In this document: piece after piece, positions 20,269-28,517 of the stretch | Layout: every line of letters begins with the position of its first letter | Numbering within the stretch: the stretch's first letter is position 1 | Assembly (NCBI GenBank): GCA_046757665.1 | Contig: JBHHYO010000029.1 | Span: 1 to 30,385 of the forward strand | Length of the DNA stretch: 30,385 nt | DNA from: Nitrospinales bacterium | Lineage (GTDB): Bacteria; Nitrospinota; Nitrospinia; Nitrospinales; JAJDAT01 | Direction: 5' to 3' | Made by a program: the position numbers and the translations under genes | The notes under the pieces: generated by a model | Databases searched by the model: none | Seen by the model: the letters and a program-made list of their open reading frames with translations, nothing else | Told to the model about the DNA's origin: nothing

Positions 20269-23200
20269 ATGAGTAACTCAAACTTCGTTCATCTGCATCT
20301 CCACACTCATTACAGTTTGCTGGATTCCTCTATCCGGTACGAGCCGCTGTTTCAAAAGGCGAAACAATATAAAATGCCCGCCATCGCCATGACGGATCAC
20401 GGCAACCTGTTCGGCGCGGTGGAATTTTTCACTGGCGCCAAAAGATACGGGCTGAAACCCATCATCGGTTGCGAAGTGTATGTCGCGCCGCAAGGCCGGG
20501 ACGAAAAGACGTCCAACCACGGTCTCCGCGACGCTTCCTATCATTTGATTCTTCTCGCCCGGAACGAACGGGGATACAAAAACCTTTTGCAGTTGGTCAC
20601 CGCGGGCTACCTGGAGGGTTTTTATTACAAACCCCGGATCGACAAAAAACTCCTTGAACAGCATCGTGAAGGGTTGATTGCCCTGAGTTCCTGTTCCCGG
20701 GGCGAGGTGGGGCATAACGTTTTCAAGGAAAACCTGCCCCGCGCAAGCAAAGTTGCCGGTGAATACAAAGAGATCATGGGCAAGGACAATTTTTTCCTGG
20801 AACTCCAGTATCACAAGCTGGATTACCAGGCGAAATATAATAAGGAACTCATTCGCCTGGGAAAAGAGTTGTCCCTTCCCGTGGTGGCCACCAACAATTG
20901 CCACTACATGGAGCCGGAAGACGCGCGGGCGCATGAAATCCTGCTTTGCCTGCAAACCGGAAGAACGATAGGCGATGCCTATCGCATGAAATACCCCAAC
21001 AACGAGTTCTATTTCAAGTCGGCCCGGGAAATGACCGAACTCTTCCGGGACGTTCCCGAAGCCATCGAGAATACAGTCAAAATCGCCGAACGTTGCGAGC
21101 TCGATCTTGAATTCGACAAGATCAACATGCCGGATTACCCGTTGCCGGATGGGAAGGATGCCGGGTCGTACCTGAACGAGTTGGCGGAAGGCGGATTGCG
21201 CGAACGGTTAACGCTCCTGACCCGGATAAACCCTGAGCTTGACGTCAAGCTGTATGAGGATCGGTTGAGGGAAGAGCTGAATATCATCCATAAAATGGGG
21301 TATCCCGGATATTTCCTGATCGTTTGGGATTTCATTCGCCATGCCCGGGAAAACCGGATCCCCGTTGGCCCGGGGCGCGGCTCCGCCGCCGGCTCGCTGG
21401 TGGCTTACGCCCTGAAAATTACCGACCTGGACCCCATTGAGTACGGCCTGTTGTTCGAGCGGTTTTTGAATCCGGAGCGGGTGAGTTTGCCGGACATCGA
21501 TATCGACCTTTGCATGAGCCGGCGCCAGGAAATTATTGATTACGTCACCAAGAAATACGGCGGCAAAAAAAATGTGACCCAAATCATTACCTTTGGGAGC
21601 ATGAATGCCAAGGGCGTCATCCGCGACGTGGGCCGCGTCCTGGACATGCCTTACGGGGAGGTGGATAAAATCGCCAAACTGGTTCCCAACAAGTTGAACA
21701 TCAAGCTCAAGGAAGCATTTAAAGAGGAGTCGCTGTTCGGCAAGCTTAAAAAAGAAGATGAAAAAATAAAAGAGCTACTCGATATCGCCTTGAAGCTGGA
21801 AGGCCTGCCGCGGCATTGTTCCACTCACGCGGCGGGAGTGGTGATCTCCTCCCGGCCGCTAACCGAGTTTCTGCCGCTTTACCGAGGAAGCAACGGTGAC
21901 GTGGTGACCCAGTTTGCCATGAGTAATGTGGAAAAACTGGGCCTCCTGAAAATGGACTTTCTCGGCTTGCGCACCCTGACGGTGATTGATAACGCGGTGA
22001 AGCTGATCAAGCAAAGCCAGGGGATCGACCTGGATATGGAGACCCTCCCGAAAGATGATCCGACGACTTTCAAATTGCTTGGAAAGGCGCGGTCCATGGG
22101 GCTGTTCCAGTTGGAAAGCTCCGGTATGCGCGACCTTTTGAAAAAAATGAAACCGGATTGCTTCGAGGATATCATCGCTCTGCTTGCCTTGTACCGTCCC
22201 GGCCCGCTGGAAAGCGGCATGGTGGACGACTATATCAAACGCAAGCACGGGCATCAGAAAGAAAAATACGACCTGCCGCAGTTGGAGGAAATCCTGCGCG
22301 AAACCCATGGCGTCATTCTTTATCAGGAACAAGTTATGAAAATCGCCAGCGTTCTTGCCGGGTTTACCCTGGGAGACGCGGACCTTCTGCGAAGGGCCAT
22401 GGGTAAAAAGAAACCGGAGGAGATGGAGAAACAGCGGGAAAAGTTTTATCAGGGTTGCAGTCAGAACAAGATTCCGCCCAAAAAAGCGGAAAAGATTTTT
22501 ACCCTGATGGAAAAATTCGCCGGTTACGGATTCAACAAGTCCCACAGCGCCGCTTATGCCCTGGTGTCTTATCAAACGGCCTACTTGAAAGCTCATTATC
22601 CCTTGCCATTCTTCGGCGCCCTGATCACCAGCGACATGGATAACACCGATAAGGTGATCCGCTACATCAATGTCTGCCGGGAACTGAATATCAAGGTGAT
22701 GCCGCCGGATGTGAACGAAAGTTTCGAGGGTTTCACCATTTCGCAAAACAAACTGCTGTTCGGCCTCGGGGCGATTAAAAACGTTGGTTCCTCCGCCATC
22801 GAAACGATCATTGAGGCCCGCACCCGGCAGGGCCGGTTTTCTTCCCTCGATGATTTTTGCGTGCGCGTCGATCTGCGCTCCGTTAACAAGCGGGTGATCG
22901 AAAGCCTGATTAAAAGCGGTGCACTGGATTCCCTGGGAGAAAGCCGCGCCGCCATGATGTTGAATCTGCAAAGCGTCATGGACCATGCTCAGGGACGGCA
23001 GAAGGACCAGTTGGTCGGGCAATCCAGTATGTTCGACGTTCTGGAAGAGGAAGCGGCGGGGGAGACAAGCGAGCCCGCGGTTGAGGAATGGACGGACCGC
23101 GAACGGTTGAGTTTCGAAAAGGAAACCCTTGGGTTTTACATCAGCGGTCATCCGTTGACTCGTTTTCAAAGGGAGATTTCCCTGTTTGCCGATGCGAATA

Positions 23201-23727
23201 CCGCCGACCTCCCGGAAACCGGAAACGGCAAAGTGGTCAGCCTCTGCGGGGTCCCCCGGAAAATTACGCCGCGAACCACCAAAAAGGGTGACAAAATGGC
23301 CAATGTGACTCTGGAAGACCTTCATGGGACCGTGGAAGTGACCGTCTGGCCGGAAGTCTATGCCGCCGCAAAAGATTTTCTTGCCTCGGACGACCCCCTT
23401 CTGGTCAAGGGCAAGGTGGAGACCGGGGATAATTCATGCAAATTGATAGCCACGGAAATTCACCTCCTCGCCGATGTGAACAAACGATGGCAAGGCAAGG
23501 TGCATATCCATTTTCGAACCGCGGGGCTGGAGAAAGAGACGCTCCTCGACGTCAAGCGGATTTTGTCGGACTACAAGGGGGACAGTAAACTGTTTCTTCA
23601 TTTTACCTCTCCGGATAAAAAAACCACGGTCCTGTCCGCGGCCGAGAGTTTGAAAGTCAAACCTTCCGACGAAGTGGTGCGGAAAATCGAGGCCGTTCTG
23701 GGCGAGGATTCCATCCGCTTCGAATAA
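20269..23727 (+). CDS. dnaE: DNA polymerase III alpha subunit
   Basis: FVHLHLHTHYSLLD PHP domain, GPGRGSAAGS, LPDIDID, LKMDFLGL, YGFNKSH; no intein-sized insertion; ATG 20269 preferred over TTG 20230. Confidence 0.98.
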   Translation: MSNSNFVHLHLHTHYSLLDSSIRYEPLFQKAKQYKMPAIAMTDHGNLFGAVEFFTGAKRYGLKPIIGCEVYVAPQGRDEKTSNHGLRDASYHLILLARNERGYKNLLQLVTAGYLEGFYYKPRIDKKLLEQHREGLIALSSCSRGEVGHNVFKENLPRASKVAGEYKEIMGKDNFFLELQYHKLDYQAKYNKELIRLGKELSLPVVATNNCHYMEPEDARAHEILLCLQTGRTIGDAYRMKYPNNEFYFKSAREMTELFRDVPEAIENTVKIAERCELDLEFDKINMPDYPLPDGKDAGSYLNELAEGGLRERLTLLTRINPELDVKLYEDRLREELNIIHKMGYPGYFLIVWDFIRHARENRIPVGPGRGSAAGSLVAYALKITDLDPIEYGLLFERFLNPERVSLPDIDIDLCMSRRQEIIDYVTKKYGGKKNVTQIITFGSMNAKGVIRDVGRVLDMPYGEVDKIAKLVPNKLNIKLKEAFKEESLFGKLKKEDEKIKELLDIALKLEGLPRHCSTHAAGVVISSRPLTEFLPLYRGSNGDVVTQFAMSNVEKLGLLKMDFLGLRTLTVIDNAVKLIKQSQGIDLDMETLPKDDPTTFKLLGKARSMGLFQLESSGMRDLLKKMKPDCFEDIIALLALYRPGPLESGMVDDYIKRKHGHQKEKYDLPQLEEILRETHGVILYQEQVMKIASVLAGFTLGDADLLRRAMGKKKPEEMEKQREKFYQGCSQNKIPPKKAEKIFTLMEKFAGYGFNKSHSAAYALVSYQTAYLKAHYPLPFFGALITSDMDNTDKVIRYINVCRELNIKVMPPDVNESFEGFTISQNKLLFGLGAIKNVGSSAIETIIEARTRQGRFSSLDDFCVRVDLRSVNKRVIESLIKSGALDSLGESRAAMMLNLQSVMDHAQGRQKDQLVGQSSMFDVLEEEAAGETSEPAVEEWTDRERLSFEKETLGFYISGHPLTRFQREISLFADANTADLPETGNGKVVSLCGVPRKITPRTTKKGDKMANVTLEDLHGTVEVTVWPEVYAAAKDFLASDDPLLVKGKVETGDNSCKLIATEIHLLADVNKRWQGKVHIHFRTAGLEKETLLDVKRILSDYKGDSKLFLHFTSPDKKTTVLSAAESLKVKPSDEVVRKIEAVLGEDSIRFE

Positions 23728-23731
23728 GCCC

Positions 23732-23767
23732 GCGCCTTTGATGGAGCTGATCGTCAAAGGTGTCTTT
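23732..23767 (+). terminator. Possible hairpin terminator after dnaE
   Basis: GCGCCTTTGATG (23732-23743) pairs with CGTCAAAGGTGT (23752-23763) using G-U pairs; only a short CTTT tail. Confidence 0.35.
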
Positions 23768-23796
23768 GGCGGGAAAAAGCTTGCGGCCCAAAGCCC

Positions 23797-23825
23797 TTGA
23801 ATGGTTATTGGGGTTTCTATATAAT
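23797..23825 (+). promoter_or_regulatory. Near-consensus sigma70 promoter for the PCYCGC/TlpA/cytochrome b cluster
   Basis: TTGAAT (23797-23802), 17 bp, TATAAT (23820-23825). Confidence 0.7.
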
Positions 23826-23882
23826 CATTGCATAAGAACATAACTTTCTTGAAACCGGTTTCCTTCCTTTCAGAGGGCCTTC

Positions 23883-24353
23883 ATGGCAAAGAAAAACAGG
23901 AAAAAAGCGTCTCAGCCGTCGAGCGGGAAGAATTTTGCGCCGGCCATTTTTACGGTGGTCATTGCCGTTGTTCTGGCGACGGTGTACTATGTAACCCAGC
24001 CGCCGGAGCAGACCGCGACTCCCGTTGCCCCGGCGACAGGCGCACTGATCGAAACCCGTCCGGTATTGAGTCCGGCCTTGTTTACGGGAAAGGCGGCGCA
24101 AGCCTATCAATACGCCGCGGAAATTCCGAAAGTCATCGACAGCTTGTTTTGTTACTGCTACTGCAAAAGGAATCATGGCCACAAAACGCTTCTGACCTGC
24201 TTCACCCGCGATCACGGCTCGAAATGCGGAACCTGCATCGGCGAGGTTCTTTATGCCTACAAGCTTTACCATCAGGGAAAAACCCTGGACGAGATTGTGG
24301 TTGCGGTGGATAAAAAGTTTTACAGACCCTACAAACCGCATCGGTTATCATGA
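23883..24353 (+). CDS. PCYCGC-motif-like Cys-rich membrane-anchored protein
   Basis: Basic N-terminus and one TM helix; AYQYA...LFCYCYCKRNHGHKTLLTCFTRDHGSKCGTCI pattern (6 Cys, 3 His). Confidence 0.8.
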   Translation: MAKKNRKKASQPSSGKNFAPAIFTVVIAVVLATVYYVTQPPEQTATPVAPATGALIETRPVLSPALFTGKAAQAYQYAAEIPKVIDSLFCYCYCKRNHGHKTLLTCFTRDHGSKCGTCIGEVLYAYKLYHQGKTLDEIVVAVDKKFYRPYKPHRLS

Positions 24354-24922
24354 CATCCATGGGACAAGCAGTGGCAAACAGACCCGTCAGCATTTTCATT
24401 CCGTATGCTTTTCTGGTAACGGCTCTCTTCTCGTTTTATATCGTTGCGATCAACAAGGTGGAGTTGAAACCGTATGAGGTGGAATACCCGGCGGAAACTT
24501 TTATCGCGCCTTCTTTTGAACTGCCTTCCCTGAGTGGCGGCAAATTAAGGCTGACCGATTACCGGGGCAAAGTGGTCTTCATCAATTTCTGGGCCACCTG
24601 GTGCGGCACCTGCAAGGTTGAAATGCCGTCCATGGAAAAATTGTACCGGCGCTTCAAGGACCAGGGTCTGGAAATGCTGACCATCAGCATCGACAAGGAT
24701 CAATCGTTGATCCAGCCCTTCATGGATCAATATAACCTGACGTTTCCGGTTCTCCTCGATCCCAAAAGCGGGGTGGCCAAGAAGAAATACAAGACGACCG
24801 GGGTTCCGGAAACGTTTATTGTCGATCAAAGAGGCGTTATCCGTCACAAGGCCATCGGCCCCAGGGACTGGGCTACGGAAGAAACGATGGCGGCTTTTGC
24901 CCAGTTGCTTTCCGGCACTTGA
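24350..24922 (+). CDS. TlpA/ResA-like thiol-disulfide oxidoreductase, membrane-anchored
   Basis: N-terminal TM, APSFEL, INFWATWCGTCKVEMP, GVPETFIVD; ATGA overlap with the upstream gene. Confidence 0.92.
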   Translation: MTSMGQAVANRPVSIFIPYAFLVTALFSFYIVAINKVELKPYEVEYPAETFIAPSFELPSLSGGKLRLTDYRGKVVFINFWATWCGTCKVEMPSMEKLYRRFKDQGLEMLTISIDKDQSLIQPFMDQYNLTFPVLLDPKSGVAKKKYKTTGVPETFIVDQRGVIRHKAIGPRDWATEETMAAFAQLLSGT

Positions 24923-24923
24923 T

Positions 24924-25349
24924 ATGGGAAAAAAAATCTCCACTATCGGTTGTTTGCTGATTTTATGGATCGTCGCCGTTGTCGCGGAAACGTACGCGCA
25001 TGGAGGTCATTCCAAACCCCCGGCGAAAGAAACGACAGTTGAAGACGCCGCCCCCGCTGGAGATGCCGGCGGTTTTTACGCCGTCGAGGGCGAGGCAACG
25101 GGTTCGCCGAGTGACGCTTCCCCGTTTTCCCGCACGCGCCTGTTTTCCGGTGGGGAAGACCACGGCGGCATGGAAATGCAGTCCGGCCCGGCCACACCGG
25201 AAAAAATGCAACACGACAAGCACAAGGTCAAGCTGGCCGAACACAAATGGGTAACGTCCTCGCAAAAGGGATACGGAGTGGCGGTGGGGATTACCGTTCT
25301 GGCGGGACTGGTTTTTGGAATACTGAGCATCAAACGTAAAAGAGAATAG
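24924..25349 (+). CDS. Exported His/Met-containing protein with a C-terminal TM anchor (141 aa)
   Basis: ATG 1 nt after the tlpA stop; signal peptide ending TYA|HGGH; low-complexity linker; DHGGMEM and MQHDKH; C-terminal TM plus KRKRE. Confidence 0.7.
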   Translation: MGKKISTIGCLLILWIVAVVAETYAHGGHSKPPAKETTVEDAAPAGDAGGFYAVEGEATGSPSDASPFSRTRLFSGGEDHGGMEMQSGPATPEKMQHDKHKVKLAEHKWVTSSQKGYGVAVGITVLAGLVFGILSIKRKRE

Positions 25350-25369
25350 GCCTCCTTCGCAAAGGTCCC

Positions 25370-26392
25370 ATGGCAAACGGAATTGTAGAAACTTTAAAAG
25401 AACGCCTCGGTTTGCAGGTTCTTGAATACGAAATTCCGGAACACGCCAACAGCTTGAAATATTCCCTTGGCGGGATGACGCTTTCCGCCTTTGTCATTCT
25501 TGTGGCCAGCGGTATCCTGCTGGCCCAGTTTTTCGTGCCGGACCCCGAAAGAGCCAACGCCAGCCTGCACTATCTGGTCGATCAGGTTTACCTGGGCTGG
25601 TTTTTGCGCGGCATTCATTTCTGGTCGGCGGAAGTTCTGACGGTGACGATGGTTCTTCACATGATCCGCGTGTTTTCCACCGCGTCCTACAAAAACCCGC
25701 GGGAGATCAACTGGTTGATCGGCGTGGCCCTGTTGCTGTCCATGGTGGGGCTCCTGTTCACCGGAACGGTCATCAAATGGGACCAGGAAGCGTACGAAGC
25801 GCTGGATCATTTTCTTTGGGTGGCCGGCAAGCTGGGGATTTTCGGGATTCCCATGACGGAGGAATTTGCCAAGGGAGTTCCGCTGTTGAGCCGGATTTAC
25901 ATGGCGCATATTTCCCTGATACCCATCGTGACGCTTCTGCTCGTTGGCCTGCATCTTTTTTATATCAAATACCATAAACTGTCGTCCCTTCCCGGATCGC
26001 CGGCGGGCGGCAAGATGATCAAGTTTACCGACCATATGGCGTATCTTCGCCGTGCCGGCGCCGGGGTGTTCCTGCTCGTTTGCCTGCTGGCCCTGCTCAT
26101 CGCCCCGCCGCTGGGCAACCAGCCCGTCCTCGGACTGGAAGTTACCCGGCCGCCCTGGCAGTTCGTCTGGATTTATGCCCTGGAAAATATCTGGGTGCCG
26201 ACCTTGATCGTGGTGCCGCCGATTCTTATTTTCCTGCTGGTCGCTATTCCCTTTGTGGACCGTGGGCCGGAACGCGACCTGAAAAAACGCCCCATCGCCC
26301 GAATCGTCCTTATCGTCACCATCGCGGTTTTTGTGGGTTTTATCCTGTGGGGCAAGTTCACCGCGGGCAGCCACTCCATGGCCTCCATGTAA
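25370..26392 (+). CDS. Cytochrome b/b6-family protein (b6 plus subunit IV-like fusion, about 7 TM)
   Basis: [17 protein letters not shown]...[27 protein letters not shown]...GLHLF: four heme-ligand His; RPPWQF at the PEWY position; PFVD. Confidence 0.9.
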   Translation: MANGIVETLKERLGLQVLEYEIPEHANSLKYSLGGMTLSAFVILVASGILLAQFFVPDPERANASLHYLVDQVYLGWFLRGIHFWSAEVLTVTMVLHMIRVFSTASYKNPREINWLIGVALLLSMVGLLFTGTVIKWDQEAYEALDHFLWVAGKLGIFGIPMTEEFAKGVPLLSRIYMAHISLIPIVTLLLVGLHLFYIKYHKLSSLPGSPAGGKMIKFTDHMAYLRRAGAGVFLLVCLLALLIAPPLGNQPVLGLEVTRPPWQFVWIYALENIWVPTLIVVPPILIFLLVAIPFVDRGPERDLKKRPIARIVLIVTIAVFVGFILWGKFTAGSHSMASM

Positions 26393-26411
26393 CCGGTTCC
26401 TCCCGCCTCTA

Positions 26412-26672
26412 ATGCCGCAAGAAATCGCCGTCGAAATTTTCACGAAGAAGGATTGCTGTCTGTGCGATACCGCAAAGGAAACGCTCGACCGGGTTTTGCC
26501 CGATTATCCCGTCCGGTTGCGCGTAACCGACATCGAAAGCGACCCCCGTCTGTGGGAACGCTATCGGGAAAGGATTCCGGTAGTGCTGATCGAGGGGCGG
26601 GAAAGCTTCGTCTACAAAGTCCATGAGACTACCTTGCGCAAGAAGTTGGATAGAATCCTTGCAGGCCAATAG
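26412..26672 (+). CDS. Glutaredoxin-like protein (DUF836-type)
   Basis: IFTKKDCCLCD, DIESD, ERIPVV; 86 aa from ATG 26412. Confidence 0.85.
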   Translation: MPQEIAVEIFTKKDCCLCDTAKETLDRVLPDYPVRLRVTDIESDPRLWERYRERIPVVLIEGRESFVYKVHETTLRKKLDRILAGQ

Positions 26673-26719
26673 CGCATCTAATCCACCAGCAAGAAACTCT
26701 GTGCATAAGGGGAAATCCC

Positions 26720-27031
26720 ATGGTCGAAAAAAAAGCTTTAACGGAAGATGAACTGGCGGAAAAGTTGGCGGAGATGGCGCCCCAGTGGAAGCCGGGGAAA
26801 AACGAGAAGGGAGTGCCTTTTATTCAAAGAGTGAAACACGCGCACTCTTTTATGGGGGGGATCGATTTCGTTCGGCAAGTCGCGGAGGCCGCCGAGGCGA
26901 ACAATCATCACCCGGATATCATCATCAATTACAAAAGAATCACCATCCGGTACTGGACCCACACGGCCAGCGGCGTGACGCTGGCGGACGTTCAGATGGC
27001 GCAAAAGATCGACCCGTTGTTCGAGGGATGA
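26720..27031 (+). CDS. Pterin-4-alpha-carbinolamine dehydratase family protein
   Basis: AEANNHHPDI, YWTHTASGVTLADVQMAQKID; AAGGGG RBS. Confidence 0.9.
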   Translation: MVEKKALTEDELAEKLAEMAPQWKPGKNEKGVPFIQRVKHAHSFMGGIDFVRQVAEAAEANNHHPDIIINYKRITIRYWTHTASGVTLADVQMAQKIDPLFEG

Positions 27032-27048
27032 AGCGGTCGGCGTTTGGA

Positions 27049-28290
27049 TCAAACATCAATTTCCTCCCGGAGCAAATCGTCCAGGGTTTGCCGCCGCCGG
27101 GATAACTGGCACTGGTCGCCGTCCACGATCACTTCGGCAATCAGCGGTTGCGAGTTGTAGTTGGATGACATGGCGAACCCGTAAGCGCCTGCCCCGCCGA
27201 CGACAATGAGGTCTCCGGGTTTTGGCATGGGAAGCTTGCGCGGCGCCGGTTCGTCGTTTTCCTGGGTGAGTACGTCCCCGGACTCGCAAACCGGGCCGGC
27301 GATGATGAGGTCCCGCTCCGGGCCAAGCTCGTCACCCACGAACCACAGGGGATGATACGAGCCGTAAGCCATGGGGCGAAGCAGGTGGCAGAACCCGATG
27401 TTCACCAGAACGTAGTCCAGCCGCTTGCCGGTTTCGTCGAACGTGTGGTTGAGCGACCGGACTTCCCCGATAAGATATCCGCAACCGGCAACAAAGCGTC
27501 TTCCCGGTTCGATTTCGCAAACGATTTTTCTGCCGAAATGATTTTCCAGCGTTCGCGTTCGCGCTTCCAGGATCGGCCGGTAACCGGAAATGTCGTCCTG
27601 CGGTTTTTGCGGGTCGTATTGATAAGGCAGGCCGCCGCCGAAATTGATGGTTTGCAGGTCTTCAAATTGCCTGGCGAACTCCACAAGTTTTTCGGTGATT
27701 CGTTGCAAGTGCGGCATGTCTCCGCCCGAGCCGATGTGCATGTGAACTCCGGTGATGCTGAGCCCGTATTCGCGGGCGATATTTTTTACTTCGTCAAGGT
27801 TTTGGTACCAGATGCCGTGTTTGCTGTATGGCCCGCCGGTGTTGGTTTTTTTTGAATGCCCGTGGCCCTCGCCGGGATTGATGCGGATGGAAATGCGGGC
27901 AGACCCCGAGCCCAACTGCCGCAGTGCCCGGCCATATTCGGAAACCATGCCCAGCGTTCCGCAGTTGACATAAATATTATTTCGGAGACAATAAAAAACG
28001 TCTTCCTCATTAAAAAACACGTCGCTGGTGAAACAAATGTCTCCCGGCTCAAAACCCGCGTACAGGGCGCGCTGAATTTCAAACACGCTGACGGCGTCTA
28101 TCTTGACTCCCTGCCGCAACATTTCTCCGAGAATTTCGCCGTTGGAGCAAGCCTTCATGGCGTAACGGGTGACGGGCGCCAGTTGCTTGATCTCGCCGAT
28201 CGACTCGCGAAGGGTTTTCATACTGTAGACATAAACCGGCGTGCCGTGAGTGCGGGCGATGTCGCGGACGTCAATGTTCTCAATCTTCAT
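27049..28290 (-). CDS. lysA: Diaminopimelate decarboxylase
   Basis: GTPVYVY, RYAMKACSN (PLP Lys), HMHIGSG, NFGGG, EIEPGR, GPVCESGD, GAYGFAMSSNYN. Confidence 0.95.
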   Translation of the reverse strand: MKIENIDVRDIARTHGTPVYVYSMKTLRESIGEIKQLAPVTRYAMKACSNGEILGEMLRQGVKIDAVSVFEIQRALYAGFEPGDICFTSDVFFNEEDVFYCLRNNIYVNCGTLGMVSEYGRALRQLGSGSARISIRINPGEGHGHSKKTNTGGPYSKHGIWYQNLDEVKNIAREYGLSITGVHMHIGSGGDMPHLQRITEKLVEFARQFEDLQTINFGGGLPYQYDPQKPQDDISGYRPILEARTRTLENHFGRKIVCEIEPGRRFVAGCGYLIGEVRSLNHTFDETGKRLDYVLVNIGFCHLLRPMAYGSYHPLWFVGDELGPERDLIIAGPVCESGDVLTQENDEPAPRKLPMPKPGDLIVVGGAGAYGFAMSSNYNSQPLIAEVIVDGDQCQLSRRRQTLDDLLREEIDV

Positions 28291-28453
28291 TTTTTCTCCC
28301 GCGTTTCAGGATGGCCGGGCCGGCGGGGATCAACCGGTTTCAACTTTTGAAATTCAGAGAACTGTATCATATTTGAGCAGGGTAAAAAATCCCTTTTGCC
28401 GGGGGAATCGGCCAGGCATCTGTTGGGGGCGCCGCCGCCGAGCCGGTTTTGTT

Positions 28454-28487
28454 TTCGTTTGACATTTAAAACGAATGTGATTTAAAT
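28454..28487 (+). promoter_or_regulatory. Putative speA promoter with an inverted repeat over the -35 box
   Basis: TTGACA (28459-28464), 17 bp, TTAAAT (28482-28487); TTCGTTT-N8-AAACGAA (28454-28475). Confidence 0.5.
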
Positions 28488-28517
28488 AAATTTCTTACGC
28501 TATTTCCAGGAGAAACC

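Noticed and set aside
21859-23325. 488-aa antisense ORF
   Set aside because: Lies wholly within dnaE on the opposite strand; no motifs
20269-23727. Intein or split in dnaE
   Set aside because: Normal length, contiguous motifs, no intein-like insertion seen
25394-26443. 349-aa antisense ORF
   Set aside because: Shadow of the cytochrome b gene
18604-26672. Selenocysteine readthrough in the thiol proteins (MsrA, TlpA, PCYCGC-like, glutaredoxin-like)
   Set aside because: All active-site positions are ordinary Cys codons with no in-frame TGA
26720-27031. Pterin dehydratase as part of the redox operon
   Set aside because: Co-oriented but separated by a larger 47-bp gap and with no functional link evident; left out pending synteny data
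28291-28500. Lysine riboswitch upstream of lysA
   Set aside because: No L-box conserved motifs recognised by eye; an Rfam RF00168 scan would be decisive
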